NCBI GenBank assembly: GCA_011109175.1
Contig: RDEW01000015.1
Location: forward strand, 770,868-834,867
From: Dicyema japonicum
Taxonomy: Eukaryota > Animalia > Dicyemida
Direction of reading: 5' to 3'
DNA: 64,000 nucleotides
The translations under genes and the position numbers were made by a program. The stretch's first letter is position 1, and each line of letters starts with the position of its first letter. Below, piece after piece: positions 35,900-48,680 of this stretch. Below the pieces are notes generated by a model. It searched no databases, was not told the DNA's origin, and saw only the letters and a list, made by a program, of their open reading frames with translations.

Positions 35900-38060
35900 A
35901 CCCCACTAAGAGTTACCAAACAGTTACATTCTCCCCCACAGTGAATGACTTAATGAGAACTCTGAGGAAATTTAAGACTATCATACTAATCTCTCGGATG
36001 TCTACGATGGACATGCACACCCATAATTAATAATGATTGCGGGAGACTCAAACGTGAAAGTGGATGATCGGATACTTAAGAAGAAACATTCGTTGGAATT
36101 CACGGCAAAAGAAAAAGACACTTGTCGAAAACCCAACAAATCAGAGGCAAGCTACTAAACAATGAGACGAACCAAGGGATATACAGTGCAACTTCCATTT
36201 GGGGCGGACCTCCTCATTGGGGCACATCTATTTTTGGGGCACCCCCAGGTTTTGGGGCAGTTTGAAAATTAGATCATTTTTATACAGTAATTTCCAAATT
36301 TGGAAATTACCTGAACCTCTTAGTGGGGCACTTAATTTTTTTAATTTATATAAAGCCTTGCAATTAATATTAAATTTAATTATATAAAAATTTCCTAGAC
36401 TTCGCGTGCTAGATCTGCGTTGTTGTTGTCATGGGGAGGAAGCTTACTCTGGAGTTAAAGCTTAAAATTGCCAAAGAAATCAACGAAAATTGTTTTATGA
36501 GCGAACGAGATATTGTCAAAAAGTATAAAATTAGTAAAGGTTATCTGAGAATTATATTGTTTAGGAGCAGTATCTAGAATTAAACAAAATTATATGAACT
36601 TTATAATAATGGGTCCGTACAATCAATTGTCTTAGTCAAATTTTCACAGAGAAGAGACAGTCTGTCACAGAAATTCGATAAAATTGTTTATGAATTCTTT
36701 TTTAAAGCAAGGGAAGAATTTATTTCCGTTTCAGGACCTATTCTTAAAAACATTGCTATAAAGTAGCTAGAATTTGAACTATACCTCATTCAGAGGTTCG
36801 AATGGTTGGCTTGAAAATTTTAAGAAAAGACACAATTTGTCATTAAGAAAATAAGTGTGAAAAAAATTCGTGATATTTCTTGCCTTGGAATTTTTTTTTG
36901 ATAAGTACGATGACTATGTTAATAACTATGGCATTGAAAATATTTTCAACTGCGATGAAACGGGATTGTACATTAAAAGAATAACATCAAAATCGTAACT
37001 TTAGATGAAGATTGTAGAAAATGATGACGAGAATATATACGACGGTGTAAAATGTACCTATTCTCATTTGGAAACAATAACTGCGATGAATACACTTGAA
37101 GAGAACATTTGCAATTTGTTTTTTGAAGCTTCGAAAGATTATTATAATTTCAGAAAAATATTAGGAATGCAAATGAAAAAATCCGCAACCGGAGGTAAAT
37201 TAACAGACTATTTTCCTATCGTTAAATAAATTTGTTTTTAATATAATTCTGAAAAATCTATTTAAAAAACATTATTTATCTATAAATTTAATAAAAAGCA
37301 AATTTAAATTGTTAAACTGTGGATAAATCTAAAAAAAATCCCGAACCTTCATTTTTGGGGAAACCTCTGTTTTTTGGGCATTTTTTTAAATAGGTGCCCC
37401 AAATAGAGGTCATACTGTATATCGGACCAATTTGAAGTGTCGAGCTTATTCCTGACCACTTCGAAAGTTAATATCAAACGACTATGAAATATGAGGACCA
37501 CTTTAGAAGGGGCAGTATTTTTAAGAGGAAATACAACGATTATTTTCGGGATTGACATCTCGAACAGCTTTTGAATCGGTCAATAAAAAGAAAAAACAAT
37601 ATCGAATCCTGAAAAACTTGGTTTTCACGTAAAGATCTAGAAATGGATACAAGAGTCTGTACAACCAACTTATGAACCCATATTCTTGTACAATACGGGG
37701 CTCAGAAAGCTGAAATCTTTTCACAGAGACCAACTTGGGCATATCCTATATTCCTGGAACCACTACTCCAGATAGCCATCCGACATTCACTATAAGATGA
37801 CGAGGCTTTCGTACAAGATCCTAGAATCAAGATGGAAGCTGTTTGAACATATATTTCGTCTGGATTCGGAAACCCCCGCAAATGTGGCCACGGAGACTAA
37901 TTTATTATGAACGCTCCGCGTTTCCTGGTCGACCAATGATAACTTTGCCAACTTTCTCTGAAGAAAACATAAGTAATCGGAAAACGCTCAGAGACTGAAT
38001 GGACCTTAAAATAGTACGAGTCACAAAAAGTTGTCAAAAATGAAAGAAGCTAACTAGTAA
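35900..38060 (+). mobile_element. RTE relic (APE piece 35900-36130; RT/3' piece 37560-38060) interrupted by a Tigger element
   Basis: MIAGDSNVKV in the first piece; ILESRWKLFEHIFRLDSETPAN in the second. Confidence 0.6.
36184..37417 (+). mobile_element. pogo/Tigger DNA transposon, internally deleted
   Basis: TA|CAGT..AC.TC.ATTTGGGGC TIRs with TA on both flanks; CENP-B-like HTH (GPILK..GSNGWLENFKKRH; IFNCDETGL); repeated TTGGGGC subterminal motifs. Confidence 0.85.
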
Positions 38061-38889
38061 TTTGATTTTCCTTGTTGCGCATGCTTCGCCATTCCTCTAC
38101 AGCGATGGATTGTGCAAACATCTATTCAGAGGTGGACGGAAACCCCAATCCTATATCTCGCACCTACAATAAATTAACTTACTTACTTTAAGCATAACGA
38201 TATGTGAAATACTCGGTCACTCCGTAAAACGTCTTATAGCTCTTTTATGTTTGAATATATTTTGGCAAGGATGACGTAACCCAAGGCGCGCTATCCAAAC
38301 CATTAAAGATCGTATGAAGCATACTAAAGTTACTGGCTTTATCCTAAAATAAGATGTATTCACTCGTTTATGAATAATTAAATATTCTCCCATTGCTATT
38401 ATCGACCCATGGGTGGAAAATCGGTGTATGGAACATCACTTAATAAACATTAAGCAATATAATTTACAAGTAGAGGCTTGATTGGGTACTCCTCAGGTAT
38501 TTTTAGGAATATTTTGAATCTCTCTTTTTTGTATGGGAATTATGAGAAATTCAATGATGTTTGCTGTAAGATTGGATGATAGTAGTTCTAATCCATCATT
38601 CTAATTTTATTAATATTATTACTGGCTTATTCCAGCTTTACAATTTTTTATTAATCTTTTTTGTGCAACTCTTAAGTTTTTATATCTTGTCCCTAGGAAA
38701 TAGTTATTTGTATTCATGAAAATATCTTTTCAACGGCACTCTACTTATACAGTATTTTCTAGCCTATTGAAAATTCAAATTAATACTAATTTTAGTTTTA
38801 TTCATGGTTGTAGCTTATAAATGGTATAAGGAAATCTTTAGAAAATTCTGATTCTTTTTTGTTTTAAGATTACTAAGTGATATCTTTTA

Positions 38890-39175
38890 AGGTTGAGTGA
38901 CAAAGTATAACGAGTGCCGGGAATTTCGCTGCTGTAATTTCTAGTTGAGGTTCCACGCATCTACGATCCTTTGACTTGACGAGTGGCGCCTTCATCAATG
39001 AAAATTTCACTACGAAACCGGATCGTTTACAAAAGGACTCAAACCCAACAAAAAAATGAAGACCATTCTTTGGTTCTCCCTCATCGATTAATTATGATAA
39101 CAATTCTTTACTTAAAATAAAGTGTATGTCCTGCCTGGGTGGAGCTATAGCTAATATGTCTCTTAGTAAAGTGCA
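38890..39175 (+). mobile_element. SINE family 2 copy
   Basis: GAGGTTCCACGCATCTACGAT...TGACGAG...AAATAAAGTGTATGTCCTGCC...GGAGCTAT. Confidence 0.8.
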
Positions 39176-39889
39176 GTATTATTTTATATTCATATTTTTC
39201 AATTCTAGAATTCAGTAATTGCAAATCCATTAGTAAATGCTGATTAAGGAAATGCTAATAGTTGCATTTAATTGGTTTTTTTGCTAAATTTAATGTCTCT
39301 AATCAAGAAATAAGTTATACTGAAAGTTTTTAATTTTTTTGTTCCTTCTCAAAGCAGACAATAACTGTAAAGTATTAAACACTTAATTTATTAATTTCAA
39401 ATCAAGTTTAATGTTTTTTATCAAATTAATTGAGTTTGTGAATATTTCTGATAATTAATATTTTTAATTAAATATTTATTTTATTACTATTTTTAGCATA
39501 ACGTCACTTACCTTAAGGAAACAATGCCGCAAATTCTGAAATGTTTTCAATATAAATTTCAATTTACGCAAATTCAAGATATTCTTGAAGAATCGCCTAT
39601 TTGGATTTTCTGAAAAAATAATGGTAGAAGATCAACTGCTCGCCTTATGGCAAACATCATTTATTTTGGAAGAACACATTAGTACAATTTTTCAGAACTT
39701 TGATACCTTCAAAACACCACCAAGGACGCAATTACCTCCGATTAATAGAATTCAAATCAATAATGACTGTTCGAAAACGAGAGTGAATAAATTCAATTCA
39801 GCGAAACGAAAGCTTAAATTTTACTAACATTTTCATTTTTTCTTTTTAATAAATCTTAATTAGAATTACGAAAAAACGTCAGACAGTTA

Positions 39890-40720
39890 GGTAAACCCAG
39901 TTCCCGTAATAAACCGAACCACCCAACGTCTGTGGTATCCCATTGTTTCCACAACAGTACGAAAGAACCTTCTCTTCCCTGCAGAGGAATCATATTGGGG
40001 AGGGGAGCTTCTTAACCAATCGACATTGTTTTGCCCTGAAAAAGGTATCCATCATCCCCGCAGACCTGTAGGAATCCGGATCCTCGATTACAGGTCGCTT
40101 CTTTAGTTAGTAGGGGATTGACTGTTGATCCAATGTGAAGCCCCATTATATGTATGGTTTGTATATCTAGTTGAGTCTGTGAAGCATGGTCTCCAATAAC
40201 GCGAATTTCCATGCAACAGAAGGTTACTCCACAAATAGTTTTCCAGTAAAAAGATTGCAACAGAAGCATCCAAATTCAAAGGAGTCCTCTGGACAAGCGC
40301 ACGTACAACGTTCAGGTTCTGCATGCCTTTATTGAGGACTTTCTTCGCTTGGGAGTTGAAATTCAACAGTCTGTAGAACTTTAATCCAAGAATTGAGGGA
40401 GAACTTGTTACTGATATCTTGAGTGGTGCAATTATTAAATCGTCTGCGTAGGATAATAACAAAAAATTTAATGTTTGCTTGAGGTATCCAATTGCATAGT
40501 GGCTTAGGTGTTTTAGGTGAATCGATGATGCTTTGTCAGGGCCGCAGGCCCGTGAGATCTTTAGTCTGGCATAACCTGTGAGACCTGCTTGTCTGAGAAT
40601 ATTTTTTGGTAAGGTTCCTTCTTGTCAACAAAGTTACTGAAGCTAGTCCAATCAATAGCATAGTTCTTGAATCTTTTCAATCAGTCTGCAGTGTCCAGCT
40701 TCTTCAAAATTCTCTTATTG
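39890..40720 (-). mobile_element. I/Jockey-like LINE relic
   Basis: LLSYADDLII..SILGLKF..NFNSQ. Confidence 0.65.
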
Positions 40721-40744
40721 TTTTGTTATGTAATAAATTAGTTA

Positions 40745-42359
40745 CAGTCAAACCCTTCTAAACCGATTCCTCTCGGGACCGGCAGAATTGTACGGTATAG
40801 AGGGAGGCCAGTATATTGAACAAGTCATTAACTTTACTTATAACGAAAAAGTAAAACAGTAAAATTAATAGAAATCTGTCAATAAGGATTGCCTCATATT
40901 TAGCTTCGATTCAGTAATCGCTTTATTGTTCAGATAGATCAGTCTGTTGACGGGATCGAGTAATGCAAAGTCTTGAGTGCAAGCAAAGCAAAATGGCAGA
41001 TTTGGTCTAGCATTTGTTGAACATTTGTGTGTGTTAATTTCTCTATATGTTTTGCCTCTGTTTGTTTATCAGAATTTGGTGTCGCATTGATTTCTGTGTC
41101 CATTTTGGCAAGAAGTTGAGTCATTAGTAGTCTTCTGTGTCTTTCTTTAGATGAACGAATAATTCCTTGATCCAGAGGCTGTATGACACTCGTTGTGTTA
41201 GCTGGAAGAAATTTGAGTTACACGTTGGAATATTTTACGTTTGGTGAATGTAATGCTGCATTATCCAAAAACATAATAATTTTTCGTTTCTGGCGCATCA
41301 TCTGCATGTTTACATCTTGCACCCATTTTGAAAACAATTTCGATGTCATCGAGGCTGTAACGTTGGAGCAGTAAATAACAGGTAACTCATTCAGATTAAT
41401 ATTCTTTAAACATCGGGGTTTCGAGACTTGCCAATTACAATTGGCTTTAGCTTTTCTCCTGTCGAACTGCATGCAAGCATTACAGTAAGACGTTCCTTCG
41501 ACTTCTTTGATCCACTGTGATGATTACTTCTTACTGATAGTGATTTATCAGGAAGGCACGATAGAATAGTTCGATTTCGTCGCAGTTAAATATATCCTAT
41601 GGTCGATATCCCTCAATTAGAAAAGGTACACGTTCCATCCAGTCAGATACAACATCACTGTCAACATTTGCTTTTTCACCACTGATACAGTACGACTGGA
41701 TTGAGTAACAAGACTTTCACCTGCATAACAGCCGATGGAAGCTTTAAAGCTTTAGCAAACTCTGTAGCTTTTGCGATAATAATTGGTCCTGACAAACAAA
41801 AGTTTTTGGAACGTGCTATCTGGAACCACTCCCAAGTGATTTTATTCAAATTTTCAAATTTGCAGTTGTTGTCATAACTTTTTTTTAGCAGAATTTGCGT
41901 TGTTATTGAATAATTCCAAATAAATATCAGCCTTTTTAAGTATGTCTGATACAGTGCTGCATCCAACTCCATCTTCTTGCTGAGAAATTTTTGTGTCGGC
42001 TTAGGTGTTTGGTTCGATTCATTTGTTATTTGAATATTTTTTTAAAGACAATTCGCAACGTAATCGTTTTCTTTGCGGAGCTATCATCTTTTAGTTTTTG
42101 ATTTTCTGTCAAGTTGTTTGCAATTCAAGGTTAAAGACGATTAATAGGATTAGATCAAAGATTGATGTCAGAAGGTTTATGATAAAATAAAATTCGAGTT
42201 GAGACCACAAAATACGGCCGGTATTCGGAATAGAGAAGATCCGGTATATCGAAGATGAAATAGCAGTGATGGCCTATGAGGTGAATCGGGACCAGAAGTT
42301 TAGTCTGGTTTTAAGGGAATTCCGGTATACCGAGGAGTCGGTTTAGAGGAGTTTGACTC
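40745..42359 (-). mobile_element. pogo/Tigger DNA transposon (second family)
   Basis: 28-bp imperfect TIR (CAGTCAAACCCTTCTAAACCGATTCCTC / GAGTCAAACTCCTCTAAACCGACTCCTC) with TA flanks; WEWFQIARSKN..LSGPIIIAKA; KPRCLKN..MTSKLFSKW..RKIIMFLDNAALH. Confidence 0.9.
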
Positions 42360-42399
42360 TATTTAAAAACTCGTTCGCGTTGGCCTGACTAGGTCGGGT

Positions 42400-43020
42400 A
42401 TTATTCTTTCAACAATCCTCGCTGTCATCAGTTTCCAAGACCTTTTGTTTATTGCTCGCATTCGAATATCATACACTTCATCAATGGGATTGAAATTTTT
42501 TACGAGTAGTCTTCTTTTAGGAATACTGATAATGTCCATCTCGGCCTCCCTCGGAAAACAGGTCTTCCGTTCGTATTGAAATACATTTCCGTGGAAATAC
42601 TACATGGTGTATCGCAGTTTAGTCTTGACATGCCCAAATAGTCTTTATCTGGACTCTATAATTTCATGGCTAGTCGGTTTAGCGTTGCATTTTTTGTATA
42701 ATTTTTCATTCGATATTTTCCTCGGCTATCGTATTTTGAAAATGGTCCTGAGATGCCGCCGATGAATCGTGTCGAGTTTATCCAGCTCTTGTTTACTAGT
42801 CCCCCAAGTGTCTGAGTTGAATAACTGAATGGGACGGAAAAACGTTCCATTTGCGAGTGATATCTATACTGCGTAGCGCGGACTCAACCATGTCCTTATT
42901 GGTAGATACAAACTTCACATCATCCTCGTATATAAGTTCAGTGATTTGGTGATAACTGTGGCCCATAGTCTTTCTCAGATCTCTCAGCGCCGCCTCAAAA
43001 TATACGGCAAACAAAACAGG
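42400..43020 (-). mobile_element. RTE RT relic
   Basis: VLFAVYFEAALRDLR..LIYEDDVKFVS; similar to the 19425-21260 ORF. Confidence 0.7.
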
Positions 43021-43310
43021 GGACAGAGAAAGAGAGGTGTAGAAGTAGGTCCCCCTTTTCCATTTTCACCACACGTCCGACCGTCGCGGACATCACTTGA
43101 TTTTTCGGCAGAAGAGTTTTCATAATATAATCTTCAACAGAAAATTTGGTTAGGAAGATCCTTTCAACTACTGTGTCGTCCCAAAAGGACTCTTCACATC
43201 ACTGGTGGGATCTGTTAGGCGAGAATTAACCTTTGCTGAAAACTCCATCTTCCGTATTCGAACCCACGACCTTCAGATTCGACGTCATCAGACGTTCACT
43301 CAGAAAGCAA
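43020..43310 (-). mobile_element. SINE family 1 copy (uninterrupted, 3' end lost)
   Basis: GAAGGTCGTGGGTTCGAATAC...GACACAGTAGTTGAAAGGATCTTCC...GATGTCCGCGACGG; colinear with 26485-27180. Confidence 0.75.
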
Positions 43311-43393
43311 TTAATGAATTATGTCCTAATAACAGTAATATATGATCTAGCAATAATATTGAATTTAGAGTTATTAGAGTTAACTAAAATTCC

Positions 43394-44604
43394 TTAGTAT
43401 CCTAAGGATTTGTTTGCTAAAAATTTGAGTGGAAGTCCACTTTTCAGTGCTTGGAAGTTTTCAATAAATAACTTTGCTACCTAAAATTAATTTTTTATCA
43501 AAAACATCTTCAGCTTGCGAAACAGCTGCTACGTGGGGAGTTATTATAACATTTGGCATCGACCAAAGTTCAGATTCCTCTCCAAGTGGTTCATTACTAA
43601 AAACATCCAAAATTGCTCCCCCAATCCATTTATTCCTTAAATTCTTTATTAACAAAAACTTTAGAGCTTCTACCAGCGAGTCGTTCGAAATGGCACTTCC
43701 TCTTCCAACGTTGATAAAAATGCTTTGCTGGAATATTTCTTAATTTAACCTTTTCTTCACAATTTTGGAGAGCAGACTCTAAAATTCCAACAGTTTCTTT
43801 AGTTGACGGTAAAAGATTACAAATATAATCACACGATCTCAATATTTCATTTAGACCGTCAGAAAATCTAGAGTAATCGATTTCAAAAAACAGTATTTTA
43901 TCCACAAAAGGTATTTCTTCCTCTAAGACCGTTCTTTTCATTACCCAAACTTCCATTCCTAGTAATTTGCACATTTTAGCAACTTTGATGAAAATTAACG
44001 TTAACCTTGTTTCCCAATTGCTCCAAATCCGAGAATTCCTATCCTCATTGTCCTCATTGACCTGTAAACTAAAAATTTTGAGTTGTCCCTAAAAGAGTAA
44101 ACATTAAAACCAACCAGATTTTATTTCTCTGCAAATAATCGGCATATTTAAAGTTTCGCTCGAAAGCAACCATCTGACTGATTACATACTCACCGATGTC
44201 GTACCCAAATTTGCCACCAAATTTGGTTAAAATAATGTCAGTGTCCTATTTTTTAATTTCTCTAATCCAACTTCAATCGCATTGTTTATAAACGAATCCA
44301 CACCGGCAAATGTTGACTGAATCCAAACGGCTGACGGAATATAGTCCCTTAGCTTCTTGTAGCTAGACGGCTGCATCACAAAATAACGAGTTTTCCTTAG
44401 TAACTCAATATTTTTGTCTGATAAAACAGCTATAATACCAATGTCATCTTCATCGATATCTCTTAGAGTCATGTTGGAACATAGGTTGCTTACAATTCCA
44501 CCTAATCTGAGTTCAGATGAAATTGCGATGGCAAAATTTTCAAAGTCGATAGCAGATTCGTCCATGGATTGATTGCTATGGTTTAATTTTGTATTTATAT
44601 TCAT
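43394..44604 (-). CDS. D-isomer-specific 2-hydroxyacid dehydrogenase, GhrA/glyoxylate-hydroxypyruvate reductase A-like
   Basis: After removing several short introns: WIQSTFAGVD; IGILGFGAIGKQ (Rossmann GxGxxG); DYICNLLPSTKET; IFINVGRG; GAILDVFSNEPL..LWSMPNVIITPHVAA; ends NKSLGY*. One indel near 44075. Start codon uncertain. Confidence 0.9.
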
Positions 44605-44984
44605 ATTATTGTGGTTATAATCTTTGAAAGCCACAAAAATGTTAACCAGTGTCATGAATTGGACATTTAAATATATTGGACCAGTTTTCAGAGAGGACAA
44701 TAAATAACATTTGTTCACATTGTGAAGAAATAATCTAGCTTATAGCGAAATTGTGAAGAAATAACAAATAAATAAAAAGTTTAAGAGAAAATCGACTTAT
44801 AGATTAATTACCTTTTTATAAGGACCATAACTTGATTATCGGAGAATAAATTTAAACATTTTTATAAGAAATTTTATTTTTTATTAACACCAAACCATAA
44901 GAAACGTGATAAGAGTTATCATCTAATTAAGTGATTCCAATTACCATACAGAATCAGTGCCTGCGAATCCTACTTTTTTTAAAG

Positions 44985-45282
44985 CCTTTTCACGAGTGCC
45001 ATAGTATTTATAGCTCCGCATAGGCAGGACACACACTTTATTTAAGTAAAGAACAGTTAATTTTAACTAATCGTGATCTTCACTTCTTTTTTTCTTTTCT
45101 TGTGTGTGGGTCCTTTCTAGACAATCCAGTTCCGCAGTGAGTATCAACTGATGACGGCTTCACTCGTCAAACCTTTTGGCATCGTAGATGCGTGGAACCT
45201 TCCACCAAATGAACAGAAGCGAGATTCGAACCCGTAGCCTAAGCCACTTAAGCCCGACACCTAACCACTATGCCACCCGACT
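44985..45282 (-). mobile_element. SINE family 2, best-preserved copy (tRNA head, core, RTE-type tail)
   Basis: A box TGGCATAGTGG (45265-75); B box GGTTCGAATC (45223-32); 32 of 39 nt identity between 44989-45027 and the RTE 3' end at 19262-19300. Confidence 0.85.
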
Positions 45283-45289
45283 TAAACGT

Positions 45290-45950
45290 AATAGAATATA
45301 TATCCACCTCATCGTTGAGGAATACACTTAATGTCATAAAAGTGATGGATCATCTCTCGGACAGATACCACTTCCTAAAAATGTCGAGGTCTTCTGGAAG
45401 CCCCCTTGACGATGAGATTCTTGCCTACCAGAAGTATGACGCAAATTTGAATGCTAACCTTCTCCCTTTCGATTCCAGACAAAGCCGGAAAAGAAAGAGA
45501 TGCAGTGACACCGGTAGACGATAACTTTTTCCTTTTTTCCCTGGGTAATAATAATAATGAAATTCCGAAGAGTGTATAGTCGACTTCTCTGATCTACAAA
45601 AGAAAGGTTAATAATCAAATTCAAATGAGGAGCCTGCAGTCTAGCATGTACAAAAATCTGTTGGAAGATTAAATGAGTTTACAACATTCCTCTCATTGTT
45701 TCCTTGTAGATTCTGAGGATATAATCTCCACTTAAACCAAGAGGATCCGGTTTTCCTTTTATTCAAGACGAACAAATCTGGCTTATGCTCAATGATTATG
45801 TCTGTCTTGATAAAGGTCTCAACCCTTATTTCCACTAATTCATTCATAGCAATTGATTAAATAGTCTTCGATTTCCTTTCGTTCTTCAAATCAAATTCCT
45901 TACAAATATGGAAATGGAGGCACAGCTCTACTTCCTTATGCTTTCTCTTA
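45290..45950. repeat. Composite unit (LINE 3' end on +, R4-like relic on -), repeated at 48045-48680
   Basis: Shared blocks ATCGTTGAGGAATACA, GACGCAAATTTGAATGCTAACCTTCTCCCTTT, (AAT)n and ATAATCTC.ACTTAAACCAAGAGGATC in the same order. Confidence 0.75.
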
Positions 45951-46541
45951 TTTCTAGTCATTAAAAAATTAATTATTTTTAAATATAAAAAACTACACAC
46001 TAAATCATTATGAGTTTTAGTTACGAGAAAAAAGTTTAAATTGCTCGACTACTGAAATATCATTCATACAGAGTACTTGCTCGGAAATATGAAGCGAGCA
46101 TTGACACAATAGCCAGAATAAAAAAACGATTATGCCGTACATAACATGTGGGAACATTATTTCAAATTTTCGAACTCAAACAAAAAACTGACGATATTGT
46201 CGTCTGATAATCTGACGGATGATGTTATAGAACAAATTGTAGACGATGTTTTGGAAAGTCCGGAAAACAGCGATTATAAAGAAATTTTGTATAATGGAAT
46301 GCAAAATAAAAAGACGACGATCATGAGATAGTAAAAAAATTAATGAATTGGAATTGCTCCAAGTTCGTAAAGGATTTTTACTGCTTCAGACAAAATTTAT
46401 TCAGTAGTTTGAACAAAAACTATGGATGTTAAAATAGAATTGATGATTTTTTAATAAATAATGATTTTTATGACTTTCTTGCATTAATTAAATTACTAAA
46501 TTTATATTGGTGTTAATTTTTTTTGACAGAACCACGGTTTT

Positions 46542-48001
46542 ATATAATATACCATCTGAATTGCTAAAATTTGGCCCTCCAGAACTTGCAGATAAACTCT
46601 CAAAATTGCTGAATGACATGATAGAAAACAAGGACTTTTCAGAAATTGGAAAGGGGATACTAGTACCAGTTCAAAAAGGTAATAAACCCCCTGGGCCAGT
46701 TGAAAACCTGCGCCCTGTCATCCTTCTAAACACCTTAAGGAAGATCCTTGCCCTAATTACTCTTAATCGGATCCAAGAGCCGGTGGACGGGTACTTGGCC
46801 CAGAGCCAGAGTGGTTTTAGGACAGGGAGATCAACGGCTGATGTAGTATGGTGCCATAGATGGCAATGTGCTATTCAACAAAGATTCCGGAGCTCAAAGA
46901 CTATCCTTGGAATTGATCTGACCAGAGCTTTCGACACTGTCCGTCGGGGAAAACTCATTGAAGTGCTTGAAAGTTTCCTGGATAAGGACTCGGTTATTCT
47001 GATACGGATACTCTTATCAAACACGAGGTTACGAGTGCGTATTGGAAAATGTTTGTCACGGGAAATTATTTCAACAGTGGGCACACCCCAAGGAGATTCC
47101 CTTTCCCCAGTATTGTTTGCTATATACCTTGAATCGGCTCTGCAAGACCTCCGGAAGTATTACAACAATGATATTATGGAGATCGTGTATGCCGATGATG
47201 TTGACTTTATCTCGACTGACAAAGAAGCACTCTTACGTCTCTTGGAGGTTGCATCAGGCTGTTTGGCCAAATGGTGTCTATCACTGAATGTTCAGAAAAC
47301 GGATATTGTTGAAATTAAGCGGATGGAACTACGCAATAGTGAATGTTGGAGGAAGACCGTAAAGCTTGGCTCTCTTCTCGGAGACTCCGAAGACATTGCA
47401 AGAAGAAAATTGTTATCTACGGTTACTATGCAAAAACTTATGAAATGTTGGATAAGAAAATGCTCGGTCGGGCCATCACTCCGACTCAGGTTGTATGAGG
47501 CGTTCGTGAGGCCCATACTAACATACAACTCTGGGACGTGGGGAATTTCGAAAACGGACGAACAAAACCTTGACTCCTTTCACAGAAGGCAACTTCGGTC
47601 TCTCTTGGGACTAAAGTGGCCAATGCGTGTAGGGAGTGAAAATTTATATAGAAGATGCGGTTCCGGACCTCTGAGCACCATGATCATGAAGGCTCGCTGG
47701 AGATTGTTTGGCCATATTCTCAGATTGGAACAAGACACGCCAGCAAACGTCGTCATGGAAGAATACTTCGATACGTCAGGAAGAAGTTCAGAGGTCGTCC
47801 AAGAATAACTCTTCCGGAAGTCCTTAATGGTGACCTGAGATCAGTAACCAGACTACTAAAGGACGGTGAAGACCTTGGTAGTCTGCGGCACTTGGCATCG
47901 GACAGAAGGGGATGGGAAAGGCTAATTAAGAGGATTGTTCAGACGCGGCACGAATAGAATTATAGTTTATATGATTCTATGTAGTTGCTTATAATAATAA
48001 T
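46542..48001 (+). mobile_element. 5'-truncated RTE insertion with a 12-bp target-site duplication
   Basis: AACCACGGTTTT at 46530-46541 and 48002-48013; long RT ORF (QSGFRTGRST, PQGDSLSP, YADD); (AAT)n tail. Confidence 0.95.
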
Positions 48002-48044
48002 AACCACGGTTTTTGGAACACATATCCTACTTAAACTTAACAGA

Positions 48045-48680
48045 ATGAAATCCACCCAATCGTTGAGGAATACATTAAATGTCACAAAAGCGATGAAGCG
48101 GATAGAAAGCAAAAGTTCCTAAAAATCGTGAGGTCTTCAGGAAGCCCCTTTAAAGAAAGATTCTTGTCTACCAAAAGTAGGACGCAAATTTGAATGCTAA
48201 CCTTCTCCCTTTTGGACACCCTTGAAAGATTCCAGTCAAAGCCGGAAAAAGGGAGATTCAGTGACATTGGTAGATGATAACTTTTTATTCTTTTCTTTGT
48301 TCTCGGGGTTTTTATAATAATAATAATAATGAATCATCGAAGAAGTTGGTATTTCTCTCATCTACATAATGGAATAGTAACCAGGAGGAGATTCTATAAA
48401 AATATAATCTCAACTTAAACCAAGAGGATCAGGTTTTTCCTTTTATCAAAGGCGAACAAGAATGGCTTATGCTCAATGACTATATCTTTTTTGATAAAGG
48501 TGTCACCCTTATCTCCACTAATTCATCCATAGCAACTGATTGAATAGTCTTCAATTTCCTCTCGTTCTTCAGACCAAATTCTTTACAAAAGTGCAAATGG
48601 AGGCACAGTACTTTATTATGCCTTTTCACATAATCTCCATGCAGAATATTTGCGCTGATTTTTGAGCTTTCCGTCAAGTG
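48045..48680. repeat. Second copy of the composite unit at 45290-45950
   Basis: Same blocks and same LINE/R4 junction as 45290-45950. Confidence 0.75.

Noticed and set aside
45148-45172. CTGATGA followed by a short stem in SINE2 copies (also 32209 and 60673), hammerhead-like
   Set aside because: The stem is followed by TCAA or TTAA rather than GAAA, and stems I and III are absent.
45180-45200. GGT-TCCACGC-ATC in SINE2 (minus strand) looks like an HDV P3/L3
   Set aside because: No upstream P1 partner for the following TACGATG, no GG for P1.1, and no J4/2-P2 closure.
45215-45282. Possible tRNA gene
   Set aside because: A and B boxes are present but there is no cloverleaf, and it continues into a repeated body. 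It is a SINE head.
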